Shown one piece after another: positions 12,090 through 24,992 of a stretch of DNA of 64,000 nt. The DNA comes from Lama guanicoe (taxonomy: Eukaryota), in assembly GCA_013239625.1 (NCBI GenBank), contig MU054323.1:11305815-11369814 (forward strand), in the 5' to 3' direction. The notes under the pieces were generated by a model. That model ran no database searches. It had not been told where the DNA came from and worked only from the letters and a program-made list of their open reading frames with translations. The first letter of the stretch is position 1; the number at the start of each line of letters is the position of its first letter. The position numbers and the translations under genes were made by a program.

Positions 12090-12672
12090 CGTTAGCAGAT
12101 GGGGAAGCCCCCCTAAAAGGGGGAGAACCCCAAAGAGTAGGTTCTTGTCTTCCAGCCATGAAAGAATTCACAGTGGAGACAAAGGGGCAGTGTCAGAGCT
12201 GCTTTACGGCTCAAAAAAGGAAAAGAGGAAAAGATACTCAAGTAGAAAGACACTCCCATGGGGGAGCCATAAGCCCAGGTGGCTTGACGTAAGATTTCTT
12301 GCTTTTGGGGTCCCGACTGTGTCCTTTTATCTACCTTCTTGCCTCCTTCTCACTGGCTACTATTTTCCTGCTTGCTTTTCAGTTTGTTCTGCTCTGTGGA
12401 ACAAACACTCTGCAAAAACAAGATTAGGTAACTGGGGACCCTTAAACAATGTGGTCATGCTAGGTTGGGCAACTGAGTCAAGCAAGTGGGCCCCTTAAAC
12501 AATATGGATATATAAATTAGGTCATGTCAGGGCTTCATGTTTCCGCAAGGTAGCTTTTTCCATTACTCAAGCAGAAGCATTTTCTGGGGCTAGCCATAGG
12601 CTAATTTTAAACTTTAAAGAAGTCTCTAGTCAATAGGTCCAGGTTTAGTTCCCTTTCTCCCTGCCTCCCTCA
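12090..12672 (-). mobile_element. Solo ERV LTR (583 bp), probably ERV1 class
   Basis: GTAG direct repeat at 12086-12089 and 12673-12676. Termini are CG (for TG) and CA. GC-richer than the flanks, with an internal repeat CCCTTAAACAAT near 12438 and 12492. Strand is inferred from the layout. Confidence 0.8.
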
Positions 12673-12681
12673 GTAGCTAAA

Positions 12682-12862
12682 CTTTATTGAACACTTAACT
12701 CTGTTTCTGGAGCTGCTCAAAACAGTTTACTATGTCATTTAATTTTCACAATCATTGTCAGGTAGGTACCATCTTTAGTTCTGTTTTACAAGTGTAGAAA
12801 TTGAGACCCAGAGAGGTTAAACAACTTGTCTAAATTCATACAGTAAGTGGTGGAACCAGGAC
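12682..12862 (-). mobile_element. MIR SINE
   Basis: GAAATTGAGACCCAGAGAGGTTAAACAACTTGTCTAAATTCATACAG, the antisense MIR core. Confidence 0.8.
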
Positions 12863-14601
12863 CAGCTTATATAAAATAGTAATGGCTAGGTTAAGGTAAT
12901 TTTTAATTGTTTACAGGTTGGCAGCTCTCTGACGGGATGATTAGTTGTCCCTGTCAAGCTAGCTCAGATTGCTTTTAGATACATTATTTTTACATTGCTA
13001 CGCTTAAGTGTGTGGTTTCTTGTTAGCTTTATTCACAGAAGTGGTAGTTTACTACTAATTTGTACTTAAATATTTTAGTCTGTTAACAAGTTTTGGTCCA
13101 TAAGATACTTATTTTAAATAAGACTTATTTGACAGAATGATACAGTCTTACCTTCCTGGTTTTATTTCTGTGGAACGTCCACTGCTAAGTCCCGTGCTTA
13201 AGAACTCTTTGAGGGCGTTTATGACTTTTGGCTTTCTTTTGGCTTTCAGAGTCATTTACCATCTTTTTCATTGGATTTTGAGGCTCGTATATCTCTGTCC
13301 TTTTGATTTTCACCACCTAGACCAAGTAGACATTGATTTCTCCATTTATTGCTATTAATTTTATCAAATTGGTAGTGCTGGCTTTTTGATCCCCTGGATT
13401 CTACCTATTTGTGGTATACTCAAGTCAGTGTTGGTTGTACAGGGACAGTATAGGATTCATCTTCAGCGTAACTGTTGGAAAGATAAGGTGAGCCTTAGAA
13501 TGAAGGAATATTGTATTGTGATATATAAGGTAGGTTTTTCTTATTTCTGGAAACTAGTCTGGTGACAATTTATAAAACTGTTTCTTTGCTTCAAATCATT
13601 TGTACATAGTTTCTAAATTGTATTTAATAAGTTACAGATTAATAGTGACTTTAATAGCCTGACTACTCCTTAGGCTCCATCTCTCCTGTATTTTTCAGTT
13701 CTGTGTTTACCTAAAGATTTCTTAACAACATGCCCCTTTCTTTATTTTTCTCCAGTGAGAAATGAGAGGGAATGTGAGAAGGAACAAAATAACAGCTTTC
13801 CAAATGAAAGGGGAGATATTCAGAAGTGCCCAGCCTGGGATTTTAAAAAGTCTAGAAGGATTGAGCTAAGCTCTAGAGAAGACTATTTCCAAAAAAAATA
13901 GGAGCTTAGAAAAAAAAATACCATGTAACTCCATGTGCCTTTTGATACATCTTGAAAATAGAATAACTACTTTTTAGGATTTTTGACACTTTTGTTTCCA
14001 CCCCCCCCATTTGTTTTTTATATTTCTCCGTGTCTTTCTTCTCCCAAAGGTTTTTCTAGTAGCAAAAATCTCAAAGAGTTATTTAAGGGGTAGGAATTGT
14101 GGGGTAAGTTGTTGTCTTGAATTCTGTGGCCCAGGATCTGGGAGCATAAAGTACAGTGTTGGTGAGGGATTAAAAAATTGGTATAAGCTGGTTGCGTTTG
14201 GAAGAAAAGACAAGGGGATAGAAGAGGGCGTCCCACAGTTTATGAGTTAATACAAGAGATTGGAGTGTTATAAATCATTATTCCAAGTTAGGTGTTTATT
14301 CACAGTGGTTAAAGACTATATTGTTATTAATGCTATTTTTTAGGTATGTATGAGTGAAATTGGCTTTTTGTAGGATGACCTAAAAACTTGATCATGTATG
14401 TATCATATAATTTCTTTGATAAAATGCATTCTGAATTCCAAACAGCTGACTTATTGCAAAGTTTTGGAATGCTACTTGCTCATAATTTGGTACTCTATTC
14501 TCTGTCCGTATTTTGATGGAATTCCCAACTTGGGACCCAGAATTTTATTTTACTATAAATTAGATAAATCTCTGTGGAGTAGTGATATGTATGAAAATAA
14601 A

Positions 14602-14772
14602 GTGGAGGTTATAGCTCAGTGGTAGAGTGCAGGCTTAGCATGCACAAGGCTCTGGGTTCAATCCCCAGTACCTCCATTAAAAATAAATAACCACCTTTCC
14701 CCACCCCCCCAAAAAACCACCAAGGATAAAATACTGGGCTTAAAAGAAAAAAAAAAAAAGAAAGAAAAAAAG
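14602..14772 (+). mobile_element. tRNA-derived SINE, camelid Vic-1-like
   Basis: A box TAGCTCAGTGG (14612-14622), B box GGTTCAATCC (14655-14664), tRNA-Ala-like body GCTTAGCATGCAC, then AT-rich, C-rich and A-rich tails. Confidence 0.88.
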
Positions 14773-15114
14773 GGAAAAATGTTTAAAAGAAAATATTTTT
14801 TTCCCCAGACATCTTAATCTCATTCAATACCATACATTAGGAAAAATTACATTTATTGTCAAAGTTTTTAAAGAAGTAACTTTGGTAATCAGAAACTACA
14901 GTAATATTTGGCATAGTATTTGTAATTCAGAGTTGGTTTTGTATTTTATTTTCCAAGCATTGAAAAATCTTTAAGATTCAGATGGACTTTTGACTGTTGA
15001 TTATATCACAGTAAAGGGGAAATGAGGCCTTCTGGAATCTAGTTGGGTGGCACAATTGCTGTTTTCTTTGACTTAGTCATTTTCCCTTCTGGGTCTTAGC
15101 TTCTTCATTTACAA

Positions 15115-15580
15115 AACAAGAATGTTCATAACAGTGTTATTCATAATAGCTAAAACCTGGAAAATACTCAAATGTCTACCAGTAGAATAGAAACATTTTG
15201 GATATATTTATACAACAAAATGCTATACAGCAATGAAAAGAATGGACCATTGTTACACTTATTAATATGGATCAATCTCACAAACATAATTTTGAGCTGA
15301 GAAAAACAGATAGTATGGAGGAATAGACACTTGTTGATTCCACTTGTTGATAAACTTTAAAAAAAACAAGTAAGGCTAACTCTCAAGAATATAGTCCTGG
15401 GAGTCAGATTAGTGGTCACCATTGGGGAGAATTAATGACTAACAGGGAACATGCATAAAGGAGGCTTCTGGTCATAGGTAATGTTCTGTCTTGATCTGGG
15501 TATACCTACTTTGTAAAAATTCATCAAGATGTGCACTTAGGATTTGTATATTTTATTGTATGCTTCAGTTTTAAAAAGGC
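15115..15580 (+). mobile_element. Old L1 3' end (L1ME/MC-like)
   Basis: CAAGAATGTTCATAACAGTGTTATTCATAATAGCTAAAACCTGGAAA...AAAATTCATCAAGATGTGCACTTAGGATTTGT. Confidence 0.85.
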
Positions 15581-15624
15581 TGAGAGTGTGTACCAAAACA
15601 AAACAAACAAAAAAAAGTAAAAGA

Positions 15625-15830
15625 AACAAGGACTGACTGGATCGGGAGCCAGGAGAACTGGGTTCAAACTTCAGCTGTACCTTTAAAAAACTGTTATTTT
15701 AGGGAATTCATTGACCTCTCTGAGCCTTAATGATTTATATAAAATGGAAATAATACCTGTTTTCTATAATTTAGTTGAGGTAAAAGTTTGAAAGCACACT
15801 TTCAAGACTAGAAAATGTTCTATGAATATT
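15625..15830 (+). mobile_element. MIR SINE
   Basis: GGAGCCAGGAGAACTGGGTTCAAAC...GACCTCTCTGAGCCT. Confidence 0.7.
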
Positions 15831-16039
15831 AAGGGAGACTTTTTTTTTATACTTTTATATTTGTTTTATTTTTACTCTCTTAAAGTAGAAAGGACCCCAT
15901 ATAAATTCAAAAATAGTAAAAGGACCAGAATTGAAAGACATTTTGATCAACTGAACCATATTTGTTTATACCTGCTTTTGAATTCCTGAAAATAATATAA
16001 AATGGTAGTAGCAATTTATCAGACTTTCCTCCTTTTTTA

Positions 16040-17470
16040 TACCAGGCCTTTTCACAAATAATAATAGACCTCTTCCCAAGTATACTGGGTTTTATGCTGA
16101 GGCTATAATAGTGAACAATATCAGCATGGTCCTCAAAGCTAAAGAACTGTAGAACTAAAATTCTGGAGGGAGTGACAGGCTGAAAACAGGACAACAGAGA
16201 AATGAAGAAAATAACTGTAAGTTGTAATGAGAGCTATAAAAGAACCAATTAGGGCTGAGGAACAGACTGGCTATGAAGGGTAGATTTAAGCAGTGATCAG
16301 CCTTAGTGAAAGCTTCTCCTAGGAAATGACATCAACCTGACACTTGAAAGGAAAACAGAAAGGTAGTTAAGCAAAAAGTCTGAGAAGACCATCAAGGCAG
16401 CAAAGGCAATTTGTACAAAGCCCTGAGGCAGAAAGTGGCCTGCTGGAAAACCTGACAGGAGTGTAGGTGAAGAGGGTTGGGAGAGGATACATTTGGAAAG
16501 ACATGTGAGAGCCAACTCATGTAAGACTTGTAGATTTTGGTGGGGATTTGATTTTTAATCTAGGCTTAATGGAAAACCATTAAAGGCTCTTAGACAGGGA
16601 AATGATATAATCAGATTCACATTTTAAGATTTTTTTTTTTTTTGCCATAGTATAAAGGACTGGTTATGAGTAGGTGGGTGGCAGCATGGTTTTGCCAAAA
16701 ATGAAAGAGGTGATGTCAGAGTAGTCCAAGCAAAAGATGATTATAGCTTGTATTAAGCTGCTGTCAATGCAAATTGATGGAAAGTGGTGGATTTAGGATA
16801 TATTTTGGAGATACAGTTGACAGGTCTCTTGTTAATTGGATTTTGGGAGTGAGGGAAAGGAAAGAATGAAAGATAACCCCTGGGTTTCTTGGAAGAGAAT
16901 CTGGATGGTTGCTGATACCATTTACAGAGGTGGGAAAAACAAGGGCTGTGTGGGGAGTAGAGGAAGGGGAGGAATAATCATGACAGTTATTCTGGATGTG
17001 TTCAGTTTAATAAAACTGTTAGATACCTAGGTAATCAGCTGAATCTGTGAGTTGAGCTCAGAGGAGAGGATTGTATTGGAGATATATTTTGGAAAGATCA
17101 GCATGAGGATAATGAAGAGGAAGAAGGGAGGAGGAAAAGGATAGAGAGAAGACAACCAACATCTGAATGGTGGGAAGCCCTGACATTTAGAGGTCCAGTA
17201 GAGGAGGAGGAGCCAACCAAGAATACCCTGAGAGAAGGAGCAGTGATATCAGAAGAAAACCTGGACAGTGGTATCACAAAAGCCAAGACAGGCGAGTGTT
17301 TTAAAGAGAAGGTGGCCATTCATGTAGAGTGCTACCAAGAGGGAGAGTAAAATGAGGCAGTGTGAAAGTGGACTTTTCATTGACATGGTTTCAGTGGAGT
17401 GGTAGAGGCAACAAGCTGGATTGTAGTTGATTGAAGAGGTAGTGGGAAGTGAGAGACACTGTGTTCTTAT
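16040..17470 (-). mobile_element. L2 LINE fragment including an RT remnant
   Basis: Purine-rich antisense L2 text. ORF 17249-17497(-) contains HLLFKTLACLGFCDTTV, resembling the L2 RT segment HSLLLETLSSLGFxDTTLSWF. Confidence 0.85.
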
Positions 17471-18184
17471 GCATTTCTCTGTTGGGCAGATGTTCACTTA
17501 ATGTACATGAGGAATCTTCAAAACCTATTCAGTAAGCTTGGGGGTTTGCATTATTCATAAACGGCTGTAGGAAGTAGCATTGGCCTTTGTCTCCCAATAA
17601 TTTTTCTTTGGTTAGCATATGATTGTTAATTTAAAAGGTTCTGAATTTCATAGGCAGCTTCCATTTTTGAGAAAAACCGAATGTTCAATCTGTGTTAACT
17701 TCTAGAGTAAGTATTATATTAAATTAAAACTTAGAGTATTTACCTTTTCAGGAAAGTAATTACATGTCTTGAAAATTATGCCAGGACCATTTCATCCTGA
17801 AACACTTGGAAATTCATTCTGGTTTTTTGTAATTGCAGTGTTTCAGTAAGGGCAACATCTAAACAGGGATTGCATTTGGCAGTTATGTACGTATACTTGT
17901 TCTAAACTAAGCACTGTTTCTGTGGTTTAGGTTTTTCCTTTATAAATAGAATTTTAATCAATGTGGTTAATTTTTTTTCCCGACATGTTATAATTAGCAC
18001 TGGCTAAAATTTAATCCTAAAATGTGTGTAATAAATTTAATAATATTTTATAAACACTCCTCCTATTAAATGAAGGTAAATAGGAATTATTTGAATATTT
18101 AGAAAGTTCTCTAGTTTACATTTTTCTGTAACAGTGTGGAAAGCAAATGTGGCTATTTAAAAAGAAGTTGATACATTACCTACT

Positions 18185-21100
18185 TGGTCCTGTCATCAGA
18201 AATGATGTTACCCCACTCAACAACCTGGGCAGGCTGTGATCACCACAACACCAAATGCACCCCCAGTCAAGGAGATAACAGCCAGCACACTTGGGGGAAA
18301 AACATGGCAACCATCCATACTAAAAACAACCCTCACAACAAAATAATTAGATGCAAACAGTCTACACAGGGGTGCTGCCACTTAAAAAAAAAAAAAAAGC
18401 CCTTCAAGACCACAGTAGATAACTGTTACTCCAAAATTCATAGAGTCAGCAAAATAAAAGTAAAATGAAGAAGCAGAGGAACCACTCCCAAAGAAAAGAA
18501 CGAGAGAAGTCCCCTAAAATAACAAACAATGAAATAGACCTTGACAATCTACTAGATCCTCACTTCAAAAAGGAGATGATAAAAGCAGTGAAGGAAATAA
18601 GACTATCAGTAGAAATGCATAATACTGTAAAATAGAAATAGAAACTATAAAGAGGAGCCAGTTAAAATCAGAAAACTCAATTGTTGAGATAAAAGCCAAG
18701 ATAAAGGCAATCAAAAGCAAACTAAATAATGTAGAAGAATGAATAAGTGATTTAGAAGACATGATAATAGAAATCACCCAATCAGAACAGCAGACAGAAA
18801 AGCAAAGGAAAACCAATGAAAGCAATATAACGGACTTATGGGATAATATAAAGTGTGCAATCTATGTATAATATGGGTACCAGAAAGAGAAGAAAGAGGA
18901 AAGGGGATTGAAAAGGTATTTGAAGAAATCATGACTGAAAATTTCCCAAACCTAAAGGAAGAATCAGATATCCAAGTACAAGCACAGAGGATCCCAAACA
19001 AGATGAACCCCAACAGACCTACGCCAGGACATACTATAATTAAGATGACCAAAGTTAAAAGATTTTAAAGGCAGCAAGAGAAAAACAAAGCATTAGTTAC
19101 AAAGGAACCCCCATAGGCTTTCAGCTGATTTCTCTACACGAACACTGCTAGTGAGAAGGGAGTGGCAAGATACATTCAAAGTCCTGAATGACAAAAAGCT
19201 GCAACCTTCCTTAGCATAGAAGGAGAGAGAATTTCACAGACAAGCAAAAACTAAAAGAATTCAGCAATACTAAACTTATCCTAAAAGAAATATTGGAAGT
19301 TCTACTTTAAATAGAAAGGAAGCTATAGAAAAGAGAAAAAACCATACTTGGAAATGCATTAACTACAATGAGGTGCAAGAGAATAAACATGAAGATGTAA
19401 AAGAGGACATCAAAATCATAAAAGGTGGGAGAGGGGAGCAAGAAAATGTAGATTTTCTTTTCATTCTTCTTACGATGTATTTGAGCCTATATAAATACCA
19501 GTCTAAAACAAACAGATCTAGTAATGGATTAACATACTTGAAAAACAAGATAACCACAAATCAAAAGCATACAATGGAGTCACAAAAACTAAAAGGAAAT
19601 CAAGCTAACACAAAAGAAAATTATCAAACCACAAAAAGAAAAAGAAAATGAAAGGAACAAGGAAGAACTACCAAATCAACTGGAAAACAAAGTTTAAAAT
19701 GGCAGTAAACACACATCAGTAATTACCATGAATGTCAATGGACTAAATACACCAATCAAAAGACAGAGTGGCAGATTGGATTATAAAACAAGAGCCTACA
19801 ATATGCTGCCTACAAGAGACCCACTTTAGGGAGGACACACATAAATTGAAAGTGAGAGTATGGAAAAAGATATTTCACACAAATGGAAATGACAAGAAAA
19901 TGGAGGTAGCAATACTCATATCAGACAAAATAGACTTTAAAACAAAGGTCATAAAGAAAGATAAAAATGGCCACCATATAATGATAAAAGGAGCAATACA
20001 AAAGAGGATATTACACTTGTTAACATATATGCACTCAGTATAGGAGCACCTAAATATATAAAACAAATACTAACAGACATAAAGGGAGAAACTGATGGGA
20101 ACACAGTAATAGTCGGAGCCTTTAACACCCCATTAAAATCATTGGATAGATCTTCCAGACAAAAAATCAATAAGGCAACAGAGATACCATATGACACCAT
20201 AGAACAGTTGGACTTAGTTGAAAATTTTAGGACATTACATCCCCCCAAATAGAATATACATTCTTTCCAGATGCTCATGGAGCATTCTCTGGGATAGATC
20301 ACATACTTGGACACAAAAGAAGCCTCAACAAACTTAAAAGGAGAGAAATTATTTCAACTGTCTTTTCTGACTACAATGGCATGAAATTAGAAATCAACCA
20401 CAGGGGGAAAAAAAAAAAAGACAAAACAACTGCATGGAAACATGCTATTAAAAATCCAGTGGGTCAACAATAAAATCAAAGAAGAAATTAAAAAATACCT
20501 TGAGACAAATGACAAAACACAACCATACAAAATCTATGGAATCCAACAATAGCAGCCCTAAGAGAGAAATTCATAGCGATACAGGCCTTCATCAAAAACA
20601 AAACAAAACAAAACAAAACAAACAAGTACGATCTCAAGTAAATAAACTAACCTATCACCTAAAAGGATTAGAAAAAGAAGGACAAACAAAACCTAAAGTC
20701 AGCAGAAGGAAAGAAATAATGAAGATCAGGGAGGAAATAAATAAAACAGAGATTTTAAGAAATTGAAAAAAAATTCAAACCAAGAGCTGTTTTTTTGAAA
20801 GAGTAAACAAAATTAACGAACTTCTGAACAGACTGACCAAGAAGAAAAGAGAGAGGAAACAAACAAAATAAGAAGTGAAAATGGAGAGACCACAACCAAC
20901 ACCATAGAAGTACAAAAATCATAAGAGAATACTACGAACAATGGCAATAATTTGGACAACTTAGAAGAAATGTACAAGTTTCTAGAAACATATAGTCCAC
21001 CAAAACTGAGTCAAGAAGAAACAGATAATTTGAATAGATAATTTGATCATGAGAACCGAAATAAAATCAGCAGTAAAGAAAAATCTCCCTGCAAACAAAA

Positions 21101-23800
21101 GTCCAGGACCAGATGGCTTCACTGGGGAATTCTACCAAACATATAAAGAACTTATACCAGTCCTTCTCAAACTCTTCCAAAAGATTGAAGAGGAGGGAAT
21201 ACTCTGAACTTCATATGAAGCCACCATTGCCCTGATACCAAAACTAGACAAAGACACTACCAAAAAAGAAAATTACAGGCCAATATCGTTGATGAATATA
21301 GATACAGAAATCCTCAACAAAATATTAGCAAACAGAATCCAACAACACATAAAAAAGATCACATACTATGATCAAGTTGGATTAATCCCAGGGACACAAG
21401 GATGGTTCAACATACTACGGAAATCAATCAATGTGATACACCACAGTCACAGAAGAAAGGACAAGAATCACATGATCATCTCAATAGATACAGAAAAGGC
21501 ATTTGATAAAATTCAGCACCCGCTTATAATAAAAAATCTTACCAAAGTGGGTATAGAGGCACCATATCTCAGCATAATGAAAGTTATTTATAACAAACCC
21601 ATGGTCAGCACAATACTCAATGACAAAAAGCTGAAAGCCTTCCCACTCAAATGTGGAACAAGACAAGGATGCCCACTCTCACCATTTCTATTCAACATAG
21701 TCTTGGAAGTCCTAGCCATAGCAGTTACAGAAGAAAAAGAAATAAAAGGGATCCAAATTGGAAGAGAAGAGGTAAAATTGTCACTATATGCAGATGACAT
21801 GGTACTATATATAGAAGACCCTAAAGACTCCACACAGCAACTACTAAAGCTAATAAAAGAATCTGGCAAGGTAGCAGGATACAAGATTAACATACAGAAA
21901 TCAGTTGCATTTCTTTACATTAACAATGAAATATCAAGAAAGGAAAGATATAATCCCTTTTAAAATAACATCCAAAAAAATAAAATACTTGGAAATAAAT
22001 CTGACCGAGGAGGTGAAAGACATACATGGAGAACTACAAAACACTAAGGAAATTAAAGATGATTTAAAGAAATGAAAAGATACCCCATGCTCTTGGATTG
22101 GAAGAATTAATATTGTTAAAATGACCATACTATCCAAAGCAATCTACAGATTAAATGAAATCTGTATCAGATTACCCGAACATTATTTACAGAACTAGAG
22201 CAAATAATCCTCAGATTTATATGGAATCACAAAAAACCCAGGATTGGCAAAGCAATTTTGAAGAAAAAGAACAGAGCTGGAGGAATAACCTTCCTAGACT
22301 TAAGACAACACTCCAGAGCTACAGTAATCAAAACAGCTTGGTATTGGCCCAAAAACAGTCATATGGATCAAAGGAACAGAATAGAGAGCCCAGAAATAAA
22401 CCCACAGATCTATGGCCAGTTAATCTTTGACAAAGGAGGCAAAAATATACAATGGAGTAAAGACAGTCTCTTCAGCAAGTAATGTTGGAAAAATTGGACA
22501 GCTGCATGTAAATATCAACTGAGTTAGAATACTCCCTCACACCGTACACAAAAATTGACTCAGAATGGCTTAAAGACTTTAACATAAGACGAGACACTTT
22601 AAACTTCCTGGAGGAAAACATAGGGAAAACATCATCTGACATAAATCTTAGCAGTGTTCTCCTAGGGCAGTCTATCTAGGAAATAAAAGCAAAAATAAAT
22701 GGGACCTAATTAAACTCATAAGCTTTTGTACAGCAAAGGAAACAATAATCAAAATGAAAAGACAACCTATGGAATGGGAGAAAATAGTTACAAAAGATAA
22801 GAGTTACAAGGGCTTAATTTCCAGAAAATATAAACAGCTCATACAACTTAATAAAAAAACAAACAACCCAATCCAAAAATGGACAGAAGACCTACACAGG
22901 CAATTCTCCAGTGAAGGCATACAAATGGCCAATAGGTACATGAAAAAATGCTCAATATCGCTAATTATCAGAGAAATGGAAATCGAAACTACAATGAGGT
23001 ATCACTTCACACCAGTCAGAATGGCCATCATTCAAAAGTCCACAAATGATAAAGATGCTGGAGAGGGTGTGGAGAAAAGGGAACCCTCCTGTACTGTTGG
23101 TGGGAATGTAAATTGGTGCAGCCATTATGGAAAACAGTATGAAGATTCCTCAAAAAATTAAAAATAGACTTACCATATGATCCAGCAATCCCACTCCTGG
23201 GCATATATCTGGAGGGGACTCTAATTTAAAAAGATACATGCACCTCAATGTTCATAGCAGCACTATTTACAATAGCCAAGACACAGAAATAACCAAAATG
23301 TCCATCAATAGATGACTGGATAAAGAAGCTGTGGGATATTTATACAATGGAATACTACTCAGCCATAAAAATAATAAATTAGTGCCATTTGCAGCAACAT
23401 AGATGGACCTGGAGATCGTCATTCGAAGTGAATTAAAGAAGAAAGAGAAAGGAAAATACCATATGATATCACTCAATCTTAAAAAAAAAAAAAGAGACAG
23501 ATGAGTTTATTTTTGAAACAGAAACAGACTCACAGATATAGAAAACAAACTTATGGTTACCAGGGGAGTAAAGGTGGGTGGGAAGGGAGATATTGGGAGT
23601 TCAAGATTTGCAGATGCTAACTACTATATGTAAAATAGAGAAACAAGAAGTTCATACTGTATAGCACAGGGAACTATATTCAATATCTTGAAAAAAAGGT
23701 GAAAACAAATGTATGTATGTATATGTATGACTGAAACATTATGCTATACACCAAAAATTGACACAACATTGTAAACTGACTATACTTCAATTAAAAAAAA
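18185..23800 (+). mobile_element. Near-full-length decayed L1: partial 5'UTR, ORF1 about 18465-19310, spacer, ORF2 about 19699-23480, 3'UTR, A-tail
   Basis: ORF1 remnant (IIWVPEREERGKGIEKVFEEIMTENFPNL), endonuclease (ICCLQETHF), RT ([14 protein letters not shown] at 21787-21798) and C-terminal ORF2 pieces. Many frameshifts and stops. Left boundary approximate. Confidence 0.97.
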
Positions 23801-24976
23801 TAAACTAGCTAAAACTAAAACCCTTAATGGATTTTAAAGCCAATTCTTCTTTCCTCATGTGAAACCTAGAAGATCATAGGCAGTGTAATATATGAGAAAG
23901 AATACTGAACAGGAATTAGGATACCTGACTTTTAGTTCTTAGCTTGGCTCTAAATATTGGGATGATTTCTTTCACTTCTTGGAAAGTTGGTTTTCTTATT
24001 GGTAAAATGACAGTGTTGGACTGAATGATGCTTAGTTGTAAAAGTTGATTAACATTGACATCCAAGTGAGAAATGTCCTTGGAGCAGTCACTTTGGGATG
24101 CTTTACCTTTCCAAGGTGGCCTCACAAGAAACTGTCATTGCCTTATGTTTACATCCTATTTTTTGACCAAATATATATTACTCTGCTTGATAATGTATCA
24201 CATTCTCTATAGCAGGCCCATGTGACTCTTTAATTGTTTCCAAAACTCAAATATGCTTTCCAAGTTTGAAGATTCATTAAGTATAATCAATAGAATATGT
24301 TAAAGGTTCTGTAGAGATTTTCTAAAAGGGAATTCTAGATGTATTATAAGTACTCACAGCATTGTTAGAGTAAGTATTGTAGCTTTCCAAGTCAGTCTTT
24401 TTCAAGCATACAGGTCTCATTTGGAAATCATGACTCTGGTATTTCTTTTAAGTTGATTGACTTTGTGGGACTTCTCATTGTACTCTGTGACCCTAGATTT
24501 GAGACTCTTGTTTTAAATTTCTAATGTTTTTTCATTATCATATAACTCTTAACTTTCGCATTAACCAATATTCTTGTATTGTCATTTAAAGATAATAGCG
24601 CTAGAGGAGTATTATGGGCAAGAACTATGTTGTGCAGAATAAAATCTCTAATGCAGATCTAGTGTCTGTTTCTTGTTTATACTTTAGGGGAAAGCTAAAG
24701 CTTGATCATCCATGTAATAAATCTTTGCCATCAAATTTTAATATGACTAGAACTGGTATGATCAATGTGTATAAGTATGTAAATGTTTAAGTGTGTAACA
24801 TTTAGTAACATGTTGCCAGACATTTTAAAAAAGTGATTTTATTTTTAAATAATTGAATTGAACTATTTATCAAATACAATTTCATTTTTCCAAATATATG
24901 GTAAGTTGAATTTCAGCGAACTGAAACTCTTTTTATTTGTATAAATAACTTTTCAGCTCTTTTTATCATGGTAGTG

Positions 24977-24992
24977 GTGTGTGTGTGTGTGT
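24977..24992. repeat. Short (GT)n microsatellite
   Basis: GTGTGTGTGTGTGTGT run. Confidence 0.85.

Noticed and set aside
14605..14680. tRNA-Ala gene
   Set aside because: Imperfect acceptor stem and a SINE-type tail; a second related copy lies at 46.4 kb.
21289..21963. 224-aa reverse transcriptase ORF as an active or domesticated gene
   Set aside because: It is a fragment of a frameshifted L1 ORF2, with stops on both sides.
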